This document shows positions 19,379-32,646 of a stretch of 64,000 bases of DNA, in pieces. The translations under genes were made by a program, and so were the position numbers. The notes beneath the pieces are model-generated. The model was not told the origin of the DNA, ran no database searches, and saw only the letters and a list, made by a program, of their open reading frames with translations. This DNA comes from Trueperaceae bacterium (GTDB lineage Bacteria; Deinococcota; Deinococci; Deinococcales; Trueperaceae), in assembly GCA_965213705.1 (NCBI GenBank), contig OZ243913.1, positions 288,001-352,000 of the forward strand. The letters are read 5' to 3'. The stretch's first letter is position 1, and the number at the start of each line of letters is the position of its first letter.

Positions 19379-19633
19379 TCAGGTGTCTAGGTACTTCATA
19401 AACGCCTCGGGGACGAACATCCTGCTGACCAACAACCGGTCGTCCTCGACGCGGGCGTGCCCGGCCCGCTCCAGGGCCTTCAAACTCGCCTGCACCTTGC
19501 CCTGCACCTGGCGCAAGGGCGCGTCTTGGTAGTCCTCGTCAGGGCGTGCCAGCACCAAAAAGCCGCGGTGAAAGCTAGGCAACTCGTCTAAGGGAATGGT
19601 CTCTTCGAGAGCCCGCCAGTCTACAAAGGTCAT
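19379..19633 (-). CDS. Small hypothetical protein (paralog of the upstream gene)
   Basis: 84 aa; VDW.AL.E..P.DE...VQA.L..LER.G...VPEAF.KYL shared with 19636-19893. Confidence 0.75.
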   Translation of the reverse strand: MTFVDWRALEETIPLDELPSFHRGFLVLARPDEDYQDAPLRQVQGKVQASLKALERAGHARVEDDRLLVSRMFVPEAFMKYLDT

Positions 19634-19635
19634 TT

Positions 19636-19893
19636 TTATAAGTATTTTTGAAACGCTTCGGGAACGAGGCGCTCGTCGATGAGGATTTTGCCGTCCTCTT
19701 TTTTTACCCGGCCTTCGCGCTCGAGGGTCTCTAAGGTCGCCTGAACGTTCTCGGCCGCCTTGCTCTCGTAGGGTGTGTCGGCGTTGTCGGCGGGCAGCGC
19801 CAGTTGGAAGAAAGCTTGGTCCAGCGACTGCCGTTCGTCTTCGGGAACACGCTCCTGCAAGGCGCTCCAGTCAACCCAAGTGGTTTCGTTCAT
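19636..19893 (-). CDS. Small hypothetical protein (paralog of the downstream gene)
   Basis: 85 aa; similar along its whole length to 19379-19633, with a 2-nt gap between them. Confidence 0.75.
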   Translation of the reverse strand: MNETTWVDWSALQERVPEDERQSLDQAFFQLALPADNADTPYESKAAENVQATLETLEREGRVKKEDGKILIDERLVPEAFQKYL

Positions 19894-20016
19894 GTATCTA
19901 ACCTACCTTATCTGGACTTTTAGCAAGTTGGCTTTGGTCAACTTCTTTTACTGGGTCCGCTTGAAGAGGGATGGTTACCGGTCACCCGGTTGCTCAGTTG
20001 AACTTTGGCAAGGCGT

Positions 20017-21897
20017 CTAGTTGGAAGCTTGAAGCAAGTTGCCGGCTCGAGCCAGTCCCAGTTCGGCCAGCACTTTCCGAATCGCGTTGGGGCCGTAGCC
20101 GAGCGCTTCGTGCTGCGCGACAGGGTCGCCGTGTGGCACTACGACGTCTCCTATACCCAGTCGCCGCAGCGTGACCGGTGCGCCCTCGTCCGTCAGCACC
20201 TCGGCGACCGCCGAGCCCAGACCGCCGTGGAGCGCGTGGTCCTCGACCGTGATGAGCGTCCCGGCGCGCGCAGCCAGCCTGAGCAGCAGCGCTTCGTCCA
20301 GGGGTTTGACGAAACGCGCGTTGACGACCCCGACTTTGGGATTGTCCGCAGCCGCCTCGAGCGCGTAGCTAAGCGTCGGACCGAGGGCAAGCAAGTAAGC
20401 TTCGCTGCCCTCTTTCAGGACTTCCCAGGTACCCCACTCTATCTCTCTCCAAGTCTCTACCGCTTGCTCGGTCGCGCGGGCGACTTTGCCCCTGGGCCAG
20501 CGGATAGCCTTGGGACCGCCCAGCTCCAACGCTTTTGCGAGCATACTCTGCAACTCGTCGGCGTCTTTGGGCATCGCAACCGACATGTTGGGCAGGGCGC
20601 GCAAGAAGCTCAGGTCGTAAACACCTTGGTGCGTCGCGCCGTCGCCGCCGACCAAACCGGCCCGGTCGACGGCGAAAACAACATCTAAGTTTTCGATGCA
20701 GACGTCGTGAATGACCTGGTCGTAACCGCGCTGCAAAAAGGTGCTGTAAACGGCGACGATGGGCTTTTCACCGCGCAATGCCAAACCCGCCCCGACGGTC
20801 ACCGCGACGTCCTCGGCAATGCCGACGTCTAAGTAGCGCTCGCTATGAACCTTGCTGTACTCGTCCAAACCGCTGCCGACACGCATGGCCGGGGTGATGA
20901 CCCACACGCGGTCATCAACGTCGGTAAGTTTGACAGCCGCGTCCCCAAAGGCGTTGGCCCAGGTGTAACCCTTGACGGCGGCGACCGGTTTCAAAAGGTC
21001 GAACTTGCCCGCGCCGTGCCACTCGATAGGGTCGGCCTCGGCAATCTTGTAGCCTTTGCCCTTGGTGGTGACGACGTGGAGCATGGTGGGTCCGTCCATC
21101 TTTTGGATGTGCTCCAAGTAGTAAAGCACCTGAGCCACGTCGTGCCCGTCGATAGGCCCCACGTAGCGCACGCCCATCGCGTGAAAGGGGTTGGCGCTCA
21201 CGGGGTCGAAAAAGTGCCGCGCGGCGTCCTTGGCGCGGCTGCCGAGTTTGCTCAAAAATTCAAACCCGCTCAACGCCTCTTTGCCGGACTTTTCCGCTTG
21301 CTGAAACCACGGCTGAACCTGCATGGTGCGCAAGTAAGTCTTGAGCGCCCCGACGTTTTCGCTGATCGACATCTCGTTGTCGTTGAGGATGATGGTCATT
21401 TTGGGCTTGATGTGCCCGATTTGGTTTAGGGCGGCCAGCGCCATGCCGCCGGTCAGCGCGCCGTCACCGATGACAGGGATGACGGCGTAGTCTTCACCGC
21501 GCGCGTCCCGCGCCAGGGCCATACCCAGGGCGGCGGCTAGGCTCGTACTCGCGTGCCCAACGGTGAGTGCGTCGTGTTCGGACTCGCTGCTCGTCGTAAA
21601 GCCCGCCAGGCCGCCCGGCTGCCGGATGGTGTCGATAAGACCTTTGCGGCCCGTCAGGATTTTGTGGCCGTACGCCTGGTGACCTACGTCCCACACAAAG
21701 CGGTCCCGCGCCGAGTTGTACAAGTAGTGAAGCGCAACAGTCAGTTCGACCGCGCCGAGGCTCGAGGCGAGGTGTCCTCCGCCCAAAGAACAGACCCGGA
21801 CAATCTCGCTCCGCAACTCTTCGGCGAGCTGGGGCAAAGCCTCTCTGGGCAGTTTTTTGACGTCTCCGGGTGAGTCGATACCTTCTAAAAGTGACAT
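20017..21897 (-). CDS. dxs: 1-deoxy-D-xylulose-5-phosphate synthase
   Basis: GGHLASSLG, WDVGHQAYGHKILTGR, GDGALTGGMA and YSTFLQRGYDQ. Confidence 0.97.
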   Translation of the reverse strand: MSLLEGIDSPGDVKKLPREALPQLAEELRSEIVRVCSLGGGHLASSLGAVELTVALHYLYNSARDRFVWDVGHQAYGHKILTGRKGLIDTIRQPGGLAGFTTSSESEHDALTVGHASTSLAAALGMALARDARGEDYAVIPVIGDGALTGGMALAALNQIGHIKPKMTIILNDNEMSISENVGALKTYLRTMQVQPWFQQAEKSGKEALSGFEFLSKLGSRAKDAARHFFDPVSANPFHAMGVRYVGPIDGHDVAQVLYYLEHIQKMDGPTMLHVVTTKGKGYKIAEADPIEWHGAGKFDLLKPVAAVKGYTWANAFGDAAVKLTDVDDRVWVITPAMRVGSGLDEYSKVHSERYLDVGIAEDVAVTVGAGLALRGEKPIVAVYSTFLQRGYDQVIHDVCIENLDVVFAVDRAGLVGGDGATHQGVYDLSFLRALPNMSVAMPKDADELQSMLAKALELGGPKAIRWPRGKVARATEQAVETWREIEWGTWEVLKEGSEAYLLALGPTLSYALEAAADNPKVGVVNARFVKPLDEALLLRLAARAGTLITVEDHALHGGLGSAVAEVLTDEGAPVTLRRLGIGDVVVPHGDPVAQHEALGYGPNAIRKVLAELGLARAGNLLQASN

Positions 21898-21984
21898 GCG
21901 CCTCCTGTCCAGGTCTCCCAAAGTTTAGCAGAGGCCGGGCACCCGCTTTAGTAGTCACTCACGCCCTTTTGGTTTGGTCTTCGT

Positions 21985-22668
21985 TCAGCGTTCGGCTCGG
22001 CCGGTCGCGTTCGTCGCCATGAGGTAAAAGTCGTTTTCGGTTTTGACCTCGCCCACGTAAGGCGTAAACCAAGTGGTAAGCTTTTGGGTAAAAATAACGT
22101 TGCGCTCGTCGTCCAAAAAGCGCGCTTCAAAGTCGATAACGAAGACCTCATAACTGCCCGCCGGTACCTCGACTTGCCGCCGGTCGACGACCGTGTAGCG
22201 GTATTCGACCGCGTAAGACTGCCGCTGGTTTTCGGGCTTGGCTGCCGGATAAAAAACGCTTGCCACCGTGTCGCCGCCCCAGGTAGAGCCGGTATTTAGG
22301 GTTTGCGAAGCCGGAAACTCTTGCACGGGCGGGTCATAGCTGACTTGCTGGCCGGGTCTGTTTTCTTGCAACAGAAACACGCCGTCGGGTTGGTACTGGC
22401 GGTACCAACTGTTGTCCAGTCCGAAACCTTGCAACCGCGTCACTATCCACAGTTCGCCGCCCACGACGGTCGGCCCCGCGACGGTTTGAACGATTTTGGG
22501 TTCGTTGACGCCTGCGCCCGTGGGCAGGTATTGCCAGGTTGCCCCAGCCTCCTGTGGGTAAAAACTCACGGCTTCGCTGAGCTGCTGGACTTCGATTTCG
22601 GAACCTTCGCCTGCGGGCACGCACGCCGCTAAACCGAGGAGCAAGAACAAAAGCAAAAAACGTTTCAT
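21985..22668 (-). CDS. Hypothetical lipoprotein
   Basis: Lipobox LAAC after a hydrophobic signal; C-terminal VPAGSYE...WFTPYVG.VK pattern. Confidence 0.8.
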   Translation of the reverse strand: MKRFLLLFLLLGLAACVPAGEGSEIEVQQLSEAVSFYPQEAGATWQYLPTGAGVNEPKIVQTVAGPTVVGGELWIVTRLQGFGLDNSWYRQYQPDGVFLLQENRPGQQVSYDPPVQEFPASQTLNTGSTWGGDTVASVFYPAAKPENQRQSYAVEYRYTVVDRRQVEVPAGSYEVFVIDFEARFLDDERNVIFTQKLTTWFTPYVGEVKTENDFYLMATNATGRAER

Positions 22669-22982
22669 GGCGACACTCTACCTTACCCTTCGGGCGGCAA
22701 GGGTGAAGTTTGTCAACTCGGCCGCGGCCCCGCCGCCCCTTGCCGAGGTCCCTAAACGGCTTCGGCGCAGCGACCCCGGCGGGCGCGTCATCCAACTTTC
22801 TTGCCCGGACTCCTTAGGGTCAAAGACAACACAAGCTGTAACGTTTCCAAAAGCTCCCCAAGTCTTAACGACTTGGGGAAGCGGACGCGAGAAAAAAGTT
22901 GACCCGCTCGGCCGTCTCGGTACTCAGTTGTCCCAGTACCAATCGTCTCAGTACCAGATGGAAACGCTGTCAACGGTTCAGG

Positions 22983-23183
22983 TCAAGGATAAGACTTGTG
23001 CGACGGGTTGTTTTCCGGCTGTGAAACGGCTATCTCGTGCAAACCCTGTGCGACTTCTTGCAACCGGTGGACGTAATTTTCAAGCCAAGCATGGTCGTCC
23101 CCCAAACCCTTCGAGCCGAGTTCCCGGCGGATGAGTTCTAAGTTTTTGAGGTAGGTGTTGAAGCGCGTTTCCAGTTCGGTCAT
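22983..23183 (-). CDS. Small hypothetical protein
   Basis: 66-aa ORF with an ATG, in an otherwise empty intergenic gap. Confidence 0.45.
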   Translation of the reverse strand: MTELETRFNTYLKNLELIRRELGSKGLGDDHAWLENYVHRLQEVAQGLHEIAVSQPENNPSHKSYP

Positions 23184-23261
23184 GGTGCCCCCGTTTCGGG
23201 TATTTATCCCTAATTATAGCAAGCCCTACTATAGCAAGCAGTACGGGTGCCGGTTCCCACG

Positions 23262-23687
23262 TCACGGATTTTGATACCCGCCCGCGCGCAACACCAACTC
23301 GTGGTCGGCGGGGTTTTCTTGAAAGTAAAAGCCCACTTGACGTGTGGAGTGGGCCGGGACGTAGTCGAGGGTGGCGGTGTCGCCCTCGAGCACCTCCTCG
23401 CCGTCTGTGAGTTCGCCCGTGACCGTCAAGTCCGCGACCGTTTCGCCGCCGCCGTTGTGAGCCGTGATGGTTACCAGATAACCCTGCTGCACCTTGCGCG
23501 TCTCCTCTACTGCAAACGTGATGTCGGGCGGCGTCACCTTGACCGCCAAGGCCTGGTACAGCAAAAAGCCGACGACGGTCACGACCAGCGCGAGGCCGAG
23601 AGCGGCGACGAACCACTCGGCGGCGGGGGTTTTGTCGCCTTCCTGCTTCGTTTGCTCAGCCCGCTTGTTCCCAGCCCGGTTGTTCAT
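23262..23687 (-). CDS. TIGR02588 family protein
   Basis: AEW + TM helix, N.GG.T, DYVP.HS...F..NP and GYQNP; paired with TIGR02587. Confidence 0.82.
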   Translation of the reverse strand: MNNRAGNKRAEQTKQEGDKTPAAEWFVAALGLALVVTVVGFLLYQALAVKVTPPDITFAVEETRKVQQGYLVTITAHNGGGETVADLTVTGELTDGEEVLEGDTATLDYVPAHSTRQVGFYFQENPADHELVLRAGGYQNP

Positions 23688-23697
23688 GGTGGAGCGC

Positions 23698-24543
23698 TCA
23701 CAAGATGAGCCGGGCGGCGGCCGCTCCCACGGCGGCCGGAAAGCCGAGCACGAGCGTCGCTAAGACGGTTGCGTTAAGCCCTAAACCGTCGGTGCGGCCG
23801 AAGGTCCACAGCATGTAAAGGCTCGCCCCCAACGCCAGCGCGTAGCCCACGACCGTGAAACGCAAAAAAACTTGCCACTGCGGCGTCCCCTCGGGAATAG
23901 CTTCTTGACCCTGAAACTCCACGGCATAAACAAATCCGTGCATCACGACCAGGGACGCCGCGACCAACGCCAGGGCGTGCCACTCGGTCATTTTGTAAGA
24001 AATTAAAACCATCTCTTCGGTCGGGGCGACGTTCAGGGCTAAAAAGAGGGCACCTGCAAGCATGATGAGCAACTCGGCGGGGTAGCTGCCCTGCTTGTCT
24101 TCTCGGTCTTTCGTGTTACCGCCGAGTTGACTCGTCGCCAACACCGCGCCGATGGCTCCCGGAACCGCCTGGAGGGCGATTTTGCCGACCAACTCGTCCA
24201 GGGACATGCCGGGCACGATGAGCCCGAACAGCGCCAGGACGACCCCGCTTGCCGCGAAACCGACCGCGTAGGCGACAAAGCCGTCGACGAGTTCGTCTTT
24301 TAAGTTGAACGCGTCTTCAAAACCCGAGTAGTAAGAGAGTGCGGTGAGAAGCGGAACGCTCGCCAGCACCAACAGCGCGAGGCGCAAACGGTCCATGTAA
24401 AACCCGAGCCACCACATCTCCATCGTCATCATAAGGGGGAGGGAGAACAAAATAGCGCCCCCGAAAGCGCGCCCCAGACCGGTAACAAAGCGGCGGTTCG
24501 GGTGTCTGCCAGCGCCGTTTTCAGGCTGTTCGGCTCGGTCCAT
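23698..24543 (-). CDS. TIGR02587 family membrane protein
   Basis: RAFGGAILFSLPLMMTMEMWWLG, NVAPTEE and GAAAARLIL. Confidence 0.87.
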   Translation of the reverse strand: MDRAEQPENGAGRHPNRRFVTGLGRAFGGAILFSLPLMMTMEMWWLGFYMDRLRLALLVLASVPLLTALSYYSGFEDAFNLKDELVDGFVAYAVGFAASGVVLALFGLIVPGMSLDELVGKIALQAVPGAIGAVLATSQLGGNTKDREDKQGSYPAELLIMLAGALFLALNVAPTEEMVLISYKMTEWHALALVAASLVVMHGFVYAVEFQGQEAIPEGTPQWQVFLRFTVVGYALALGASLYMLWTFGRTDGLGLNATVLATLVLGFPAAVGAAAARLIL

Positions 24544-24768
24544 TCGCGCCCCCAAAAGTTGCCCTCGAGCGGCAAAGCGGTTCGTGACTCAAAAAACAAT
24601 ATCACGCAAGGCTCGAGGCGGGCGAAAACCGCTTGCCAACAGACGGTCGTCGAAGAAACCGAACGCCTCACGAAGAAAAGTTCTACCACCCAGGCGACGC
24701 CCCACGCTGTTTCCAACCCGGCAGCGCCCGTCGTCCCGCCGCAGCCCGGCGTGCTACTTTTAGGAGCA

Positions 24769-25479
24769 ATGCGCCGGGACCGCACCACCCACCAGCTCAG
24801 ACCCATCACCGTGACGCCGGGCTACAACCGTTACGCCGAAGGCTCTGCCCTGGTGCGGTGGGGTCACACCCACGTCCTCGCCACCGTGACCATCGACAAA
24901 AAACTCCCGCCCCACCTGCGCGGCCAGGGTCACAAGGGTGGCTGGCTCACCGCTGAGTACGCGCTGTTGCCGAGAGCCACCCAGGAGCGTACGATGCGCG
25001 AGCGCCTTTATGCGGGCGGGCGCACTCAAGAAATCCAGCGCCTCGTGGGGCGCAGTCTGCGCAGCGTCGTCGACCTGAGCTTTTTCCCCAACAAAACCCT
25101 CATCGTCGACGTGGACGTGTTGCAGGCCGACGGCGGCACGCGTTGCGCGGGCATCTTAGCGGGTTACGCCGCGCTGCACGAAGCGGCGAGCCGACTCGTG
25201 TTCAAGGGCGAACTGTCCGAGTGGCCGCTGCGCTACGAGATGGCGGCGGTCAGCGTCGGGGTGGTGGGGGGCAAAACGCTCGTCGACCTGGAATTCAGCG
25301 AAGACAGCCGCGCCGAGGCCGACCTGAACGTGGTGGCGACCTACGGCGGCGACATTATAGAAGTCCAGGGCGGCGGTGAGGCCGCGCCGCTGGGCGCAGA
25401 ACAGTATGTGCAACTCGTCGCGACGGGCATCACCGCGGTGCAGCGCGTCCTCGACACGGTGCGTTCACAACTTTCTTAG
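24769..25479 (+). CDS. rph: Ribonuclease PH
   Basis: AEGSALV, GWLTAEY..LPRAT, GRTQEIQRLVGRSLR and LQADGGTR; RBS AGGAG. Confidence 0.95.
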   Translation: MRRDRTTHQLRPITVTPGYNRYAEGSALVRWGHTHVLATVTIDKKLPPHLRGQGHKGGWLTAEYALLPRATQERTMRERLYAGGRTQEIQRLVGRSLRSVVDLSFFPNKTLIVDVDVLQADGGTRCAGILAGYAALHEAASRLVFKGELSEWPLRYEMAAVSVGVVGGKTLVDLEFSEDSRAEADLNVVATYGGDIIEVQGGGEAAPLGAEQYVQLVATGITAVQRVLDTVRSQLS

Positions 25480-25499
25480 AAAGATTTCGAGATTCTGAC

Positions 25500-26102
25500 G
25501 TGACCGAACTCGTCATCGCCAGCAGCAACGAGGGCAAGGTGGCCGAGTTCCGGACCGCTTTGGCGAGTTTGCCGGTGACCCTATTCTCAGCTCGAGACTT
25601 AGGCCTCCACGACTTCCCCCCGGAAGATGCCCCAAGCTACGCCGGGAATGCCGCCGTCAAAGCCGCCTACGCCGCGGCCCGTACCGGCCTGCCGAGTCTG
25701 GGCGACGATTCGGGCCTAGAGGTCGCCGCACTTCACGGAGCACCCGGCCTTTACTCGGCGCGTTACGGGGGGCGTACCAGAAGCGCGGAGCGCGTCACTT
25801 ATCTATTGCAGGAGTTGCGCGGCGTGCCCCAAGAAAAAAGAGGGGCCCGCTTCGTCTGCGCCCTCGTCCTGGCAACCCCGCAGGGTGAACTGCACACCTT
25901 TCAGGGCGAATGTTCGGGCCGCATCCTCACCGAACCCCAAGGCGAAAGCGGTTTCGGCTACGACCCAGTTTTCTACAGCCTCGACCTGAACAAAACGTTT
26001 GCCGAGGCGGACGCCGCCGAAAAAGAATGCGCGAGTCACCGTGGCCGCGCCGTTGAAAAGTTGAAGGCTTGGCTCGGTAAATTTAGGGACGGTACCCTCT
26101 AA
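25500..26102 (+). CDS. rdgB: Non-canonical purine NTP pyrophosphatase (RdgB/HAM1)
   Basis: SSNEGK, DDSGLEV..L.GAPGLYSARY, GFGYDPVF and SHRGRA. Confidence 0.95.
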   Translation: MTELVIASSNEGKVAEFRTALASLPVTLFSARDLGLHDFPPEDAPSYAGNAAVKAAYAAARTGLPSLGDDSGLEVAALHGAPGLYSARYGGRTRSAERVTYLLQELRGVPQEKRGARFVCALVLATPQGELHTFQGECSGRILTEPQGESGFGYDPVFYSLDLNKTFAEADAAEKECASHRGRAVEKLKAWLGKFRDGTL

Positions 26103-26202
26103 AACTGCCGCCCAAAACGGGCTTGCCCAATCCCTTCAACTCACCTATACTAAAGTTCTCAAGGGACATAACCAGAAGATAAAAACAAATGTTGCATGGG
26201 GG

Positions 26203-26232
26203 TTGACACGCCCCGCGATAATTGTGTACACT
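26203..26232 (+). promoter_or_regulatory. Sigma70-type promoter of the 23S rRNA operon
   Basis: TTGACA (26203-26208), 18-nt spacer, TACACT (26227-26232), with an A-rich region upstream. Confidence 0.7.
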
Positions 26233-26458
26233 TACTTTTGCCGCTTGAAAAGGCGGCGCGAACAATGACAGGCGAATAGAAGTGATAGAGCATCCTTTTG
26301 ACGAGTACCATTTTGTCAGAAATGACGGTGGGAAAGGCAAAATTAAGCAATACCGGGATTAGTCCCGAGCATTGCGTGTCTGATGTACTTACATTTACCA
26401 ATCAAGGTTTTTGGTTTTCAAGGTTCATCTGTTTACAGGTGACACCTTTAAACACAAA

Positions 26459-29391
<2,933 letters not shown>

Positions 29392-29505
29392 TTTTTTGGA
29401 CTTATTCGAGTCTATCAGACAAGCAATATCACTTCTATTCACCACCTGTCACTATTTGGTTTTGGTACCATAGGCAAATTATTGATGATACCAATAACTA
29501 TTTTT

Positions 29506-29625
<120 letters not shown>

Positions 29626-29713
29626 TTATTTTGAGAGAGGTATCATCTGTTCTCAGGTGGTGCCTCTAACTATTAAGATGAGGTATTGTTGGTCAAAAGA
29701 TGATACCTCTCGT

Positions 29714-29789
<76 letters not shown>

Positions 29790-29803
29790 AAAATAACGAC
29801 GAT

Positions 29804-29830
29804 GCTCCACCGGTAGCGGTGGAGCGTTTT
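29804..29830 (+). terminator. Intrinsic terminator of the rRNA operon
   Basis: GCTCCACC-loop-GGTGGAGC followed by a T-run. Confidence 0.8.
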
Positions 29831-30078
29831 TACTTTCAGCTTTACTAAAACGCATTCTATACAAAAGAACGATGTCACGCACGACAGGTGACTTTTATAC
29901 TCGAGCCCTTCAGCGGAGCCGTGAGCTTTGGAAGGCGGCTTACGCGTGTTTGCCGCCGTGAACTGTAAAATGATTTGTGTCAACTGCATCTTGTAAGTGT
30001 TGAAACCTCCCGCAGAACGCGGGCGCGCACTTTTGTTAAACTCAGAGCATCGGCATTTCCTACCAAAAAAGGAGCTAC

Positions 30079-31155
30079 ATGGACATCGCACCCCCTCTTT
30101 ACCTCGTCGAAAACGACCGCCCCAGGACGCCAGCAAGCCTGCTCAGCAACTCGCAGAAAGACCGGCTTATCGAGCGCGGCTTTTTGGGTCTGTACCGCTG
30201 GTACACCGCCCGCAGTCAAGAAACCCGCAACTGGAACCCGGACAAATCGTTCGAATGGGGTAAGCTGCGTCAGGACTTTTCAGAACCCTTGATGCAAGTG
30301 TTGCAGGGCTTTTTCGCGGTTGAACAGTACGCGCCGGACTTTACCGGCCGCATTTTGCAGATGGTGCGCCGCAGCCACGGGCGCAGCCACTTTCAGATGC
30401 GCTGGGGCTCGGAAGAGGAAAAGCACGCCGACACCTGGGAAAACGCGGTGCTGTTTTCGCGCCAGCGCAGCCCCGAGTGGATGGAAGAGTACAAGTACAA
30501 CCTCCGCTCCAAAGTTTGGACCGAGCCCTGGGGCGACGCGCTCCACAACCTCGTTTACACGGTTTTCCAGGAACGCGCCACACAGCTCAACTACCTCAAC
30601 TTAGCCAAAATCGCTCGAGGCCAGTCGAACAAGCCGCAGCACAAAAACGACGTCGATCCCATTTTAGCCAACGTCGCTACGACCATCGCCGTGGACGAGG
30701 CGGCGCACTACAACTTCTTTTTAGAAGGCACCCGCCTGTTCCTTTACTATTATCCGCAAAAAACCCTCGAGGCGGTCAAGGACGTGCTCGAGCACTTCAC
30801 CATGCCGGCTTACGACCTCGTACCCGACTGGGACGAGTTTTTCGACGCGGTCTACAAGGGTGGCATCTACGGGCCGCGCGAGTATGCTCGAGACGTGGTG
30901 CAGGTCGTGTTCCGCAACTTGGGCGTCGAGAGCCGCAAGGCGTTGGAAGAGGGCATCAAGAAAACCCGCCTGGTCCCAACCGACGACGAGAGCGCCATGC
31001 ACCAGACGGCCCTATGGGACAGCTACGACTACGGTTTGGTCGAGGGCGATGTAAAGCGGTTGTTCGGCAAAATCGGCAAGTACGAACAAGAAATCGGCTT
31101 CGACCAAATCGACCCGACCGTGTTCGTCAAGAATCCCGAATATCCAGGCGAGTAA
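30079..31155 (+). CDS. Acyl-ACP desaturase (ferritin-like di-iron, DesA-like)
   Basis: WGSEEEKH, YTVFQERAT and IAVDEAAHY diiron motifs; RBS AAGGAG. Confidence 0.88.
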   Translation: MDIAPPLYLVENDRPRTPASLLSNSQKDRLIERGFLGLYRWYTARSQETRNWNPDKSFEWGKLRQDFSEPLMQVLQGFFAVEQYAPDFTGRILQMVRRSHGRSHFQMRWGSEEEKHADTWENAVLFSRQRSPEWMEEYKYNLRSKVWTEPWGDALHNLVYTVFQERATQLNYLNLAKIARGQSNKPQHKNDVDPILANVATTIAVDEAAHYNFFLEGTRLFLYYYPQKTLEAVKDVLEHFTMPAYDLVPDWDEFFDAVYKGGIYGPREYARDVVQVVFRNLGVESRKALEEGIKKTRLVPTDDESAMHQTALWDSYDYGLVEGDVKRLFGKIGKYEQEIGFDQIDPTVFVKNPEYPGE

Positions 31156-31166
31156 GAACTGGCCCG

Positions 31167-31205
31167 CCGCCGACTCGCACCCTAGCTGCGAGTCGGCGGT
31201 TTTTC
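31167..31205 (+). terminator. Intrinsic terminator after the desaturase gene
   Basis: CCGCCGACTCGCA / TGCGAGTCGGCGG stem followed by TTTTT. Confidence 0.75.
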
Positions 31206-31209
31206 GGCA

Positions 31210-31908
31210 ATGCTGAAACTTCTTCTTTTCGACATCGACGGCACCTTGCTCCTGTCCAACGAAGCCGGTGGACGGGCGATGACCCGAGCAGGAAAACGTC
31301 TGTTCGGGTCATCGTTTACGTTCGAGGTCGACACGTCCGGGATGCTCGACCCGCACATCTACCGGAACCTCGTCACGGCAAATCCTGACCTGAACATGGG
31401 CGACATGCACGACACTTTCAAAAATGTGTACGTCGAGACCCTCGAGACCGAACTCGGGCAACCCGGTTCCCACGCTTACGCCCTCCCCGGTGTCGAGGCC
31501 CTACTCGCCACTTTGCGGACCTTCGAATACTTAACATTGGGCTTGCTGACAGGCAACTACGCGCCCGCTGCAGCGCTGAAATTTCGTTCGGCGGGTTTGG
31601 CTATCGACCAGTTTCCTATCACCGCGTTCGGTGACGAAGCCGCGACGCGCCCCGGTCTTGTGCAGGTTGCCATGCAAAAATACCGGGACTTCGCGGGAGA
31701 AGGCCTCGAGCCCCGTCAGGTCGTCATTATCGGGGACACGCCCAAGGACATCGACTGCGCCCTCGCCAACGGCTGTGTCGCTTTCGGTGTAGCAACAGGG
31801 CGCTACAGCGCCGATGAGTTGCGCACGGCGGGTGCGGAGGTTGTGGTGGAGAGTTTGCTCGAGCCCTCTCCCCTGCTCGACCTACTGTCAACACCGGTTT
31901 CTCCGTAA
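31210..31908 (+). CDS. HAD-family hydrolase
   Basis: FDIDGTL, LLTGN and IGDTPKDI. Confidence 0.9.
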   Translation: MLKLLLFDIDGTLLLSNEAGGRAMTRAGKRLFGSSFTFEVDTSGMLDPHIYRNLVTANPDLNMGDMHDTFKNVYVETLETELGQPGSHAYALPGVEALLATLRTFEYLTLGLLTGNYAPAAALKFRSAGLAIDQFPITAFGDEAATRPGLVQVAMQKYRDFAGEGLEPRQVVIIGDTPKDIDCALANGCVAFGVATGRYSADELRTAGAEVVVESLLEPSPLLDLLSTPVSP

Positions 31909-32184
31909 GCGTTGACGCGCCAAATTTGCTCGAAAAAGCGCTCCCGACGGCCTTTTCGGCTCATAGTTCTAACACCTATCTAATTTCGCCAGGCTGCGAG
32001 GCTAGTTTTCACGTCTGGGACAGTTTATTTATCATCGTTTCACAGTGTCAGCCTACGCCCAGTTTGGAACCCGCGGCTTTCCTACAGTAGTGAGGTAGCG
32101 GCAGAGCAAAGCACATTACCGCGCCGCTCGAGACACAAAAACATTACGAACTAGACATATTGGAGTTGATTGACAGTGACAACC

Positions 32185-32577
32185 ATGACGAATGACCGCA
32201 ACACTGACCGCAACACGACCGATTACCGCCGGACCCTGTCCGCGGGCACCTTGATAGGTGACAGCGTCAAAAACCCGCAAGGCGACAACTTGGGCAACCT
32301 CAAGGAAATCATGCTCGACGTCCAAAGCGGGCGGGTTGCCTACGGCGTGCTCGAGTCCGGTTCTTTCCTCGGTATGGGCGGCAAGCTGTTCGCCATTCCG
32401 TTCGAGGCGTTCGACGTGAACGAAAAAGACCACACGCTGGTCTTGAACGTCGACCAGGAAACCCTGAAAAACGCCGAAGGCTTCGACAAAAACAACTGGC
32501 CGGACACGGCGAGCCGCGAGTGGGGCCGGAAAACGCACGACTACTACGGTTACAGCCCCTATTGGCAGCGTAAGTAA
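32185..32577 (+). CDS. PRC-barrel domain protein
   Basis: LIGDSVKNPQGDNLG..KEIMLD...GRVAY.VL..G.FLGMG.KLFAIP. Confidence 0.9.
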   Translation: MTNDRNTDRNTTDYRRTLSAGTLIGDSVKNPQGDNLGNLKEIMLDVQSGRVAYGVLESGSFLGMGGKLFAIPFEAFDVNEKDHTLVLNVDQETLKNAEGFDKNNWPDTASREWGRKTHDYYGYSPYWQRK

Positions 32578-32646
32578 CAACCGCTTAAAGAGACAACAAA
32601 GGCCGAGCGCACGCTCGGCCTTCTCTCTTACTGCTAGCATAAACAC

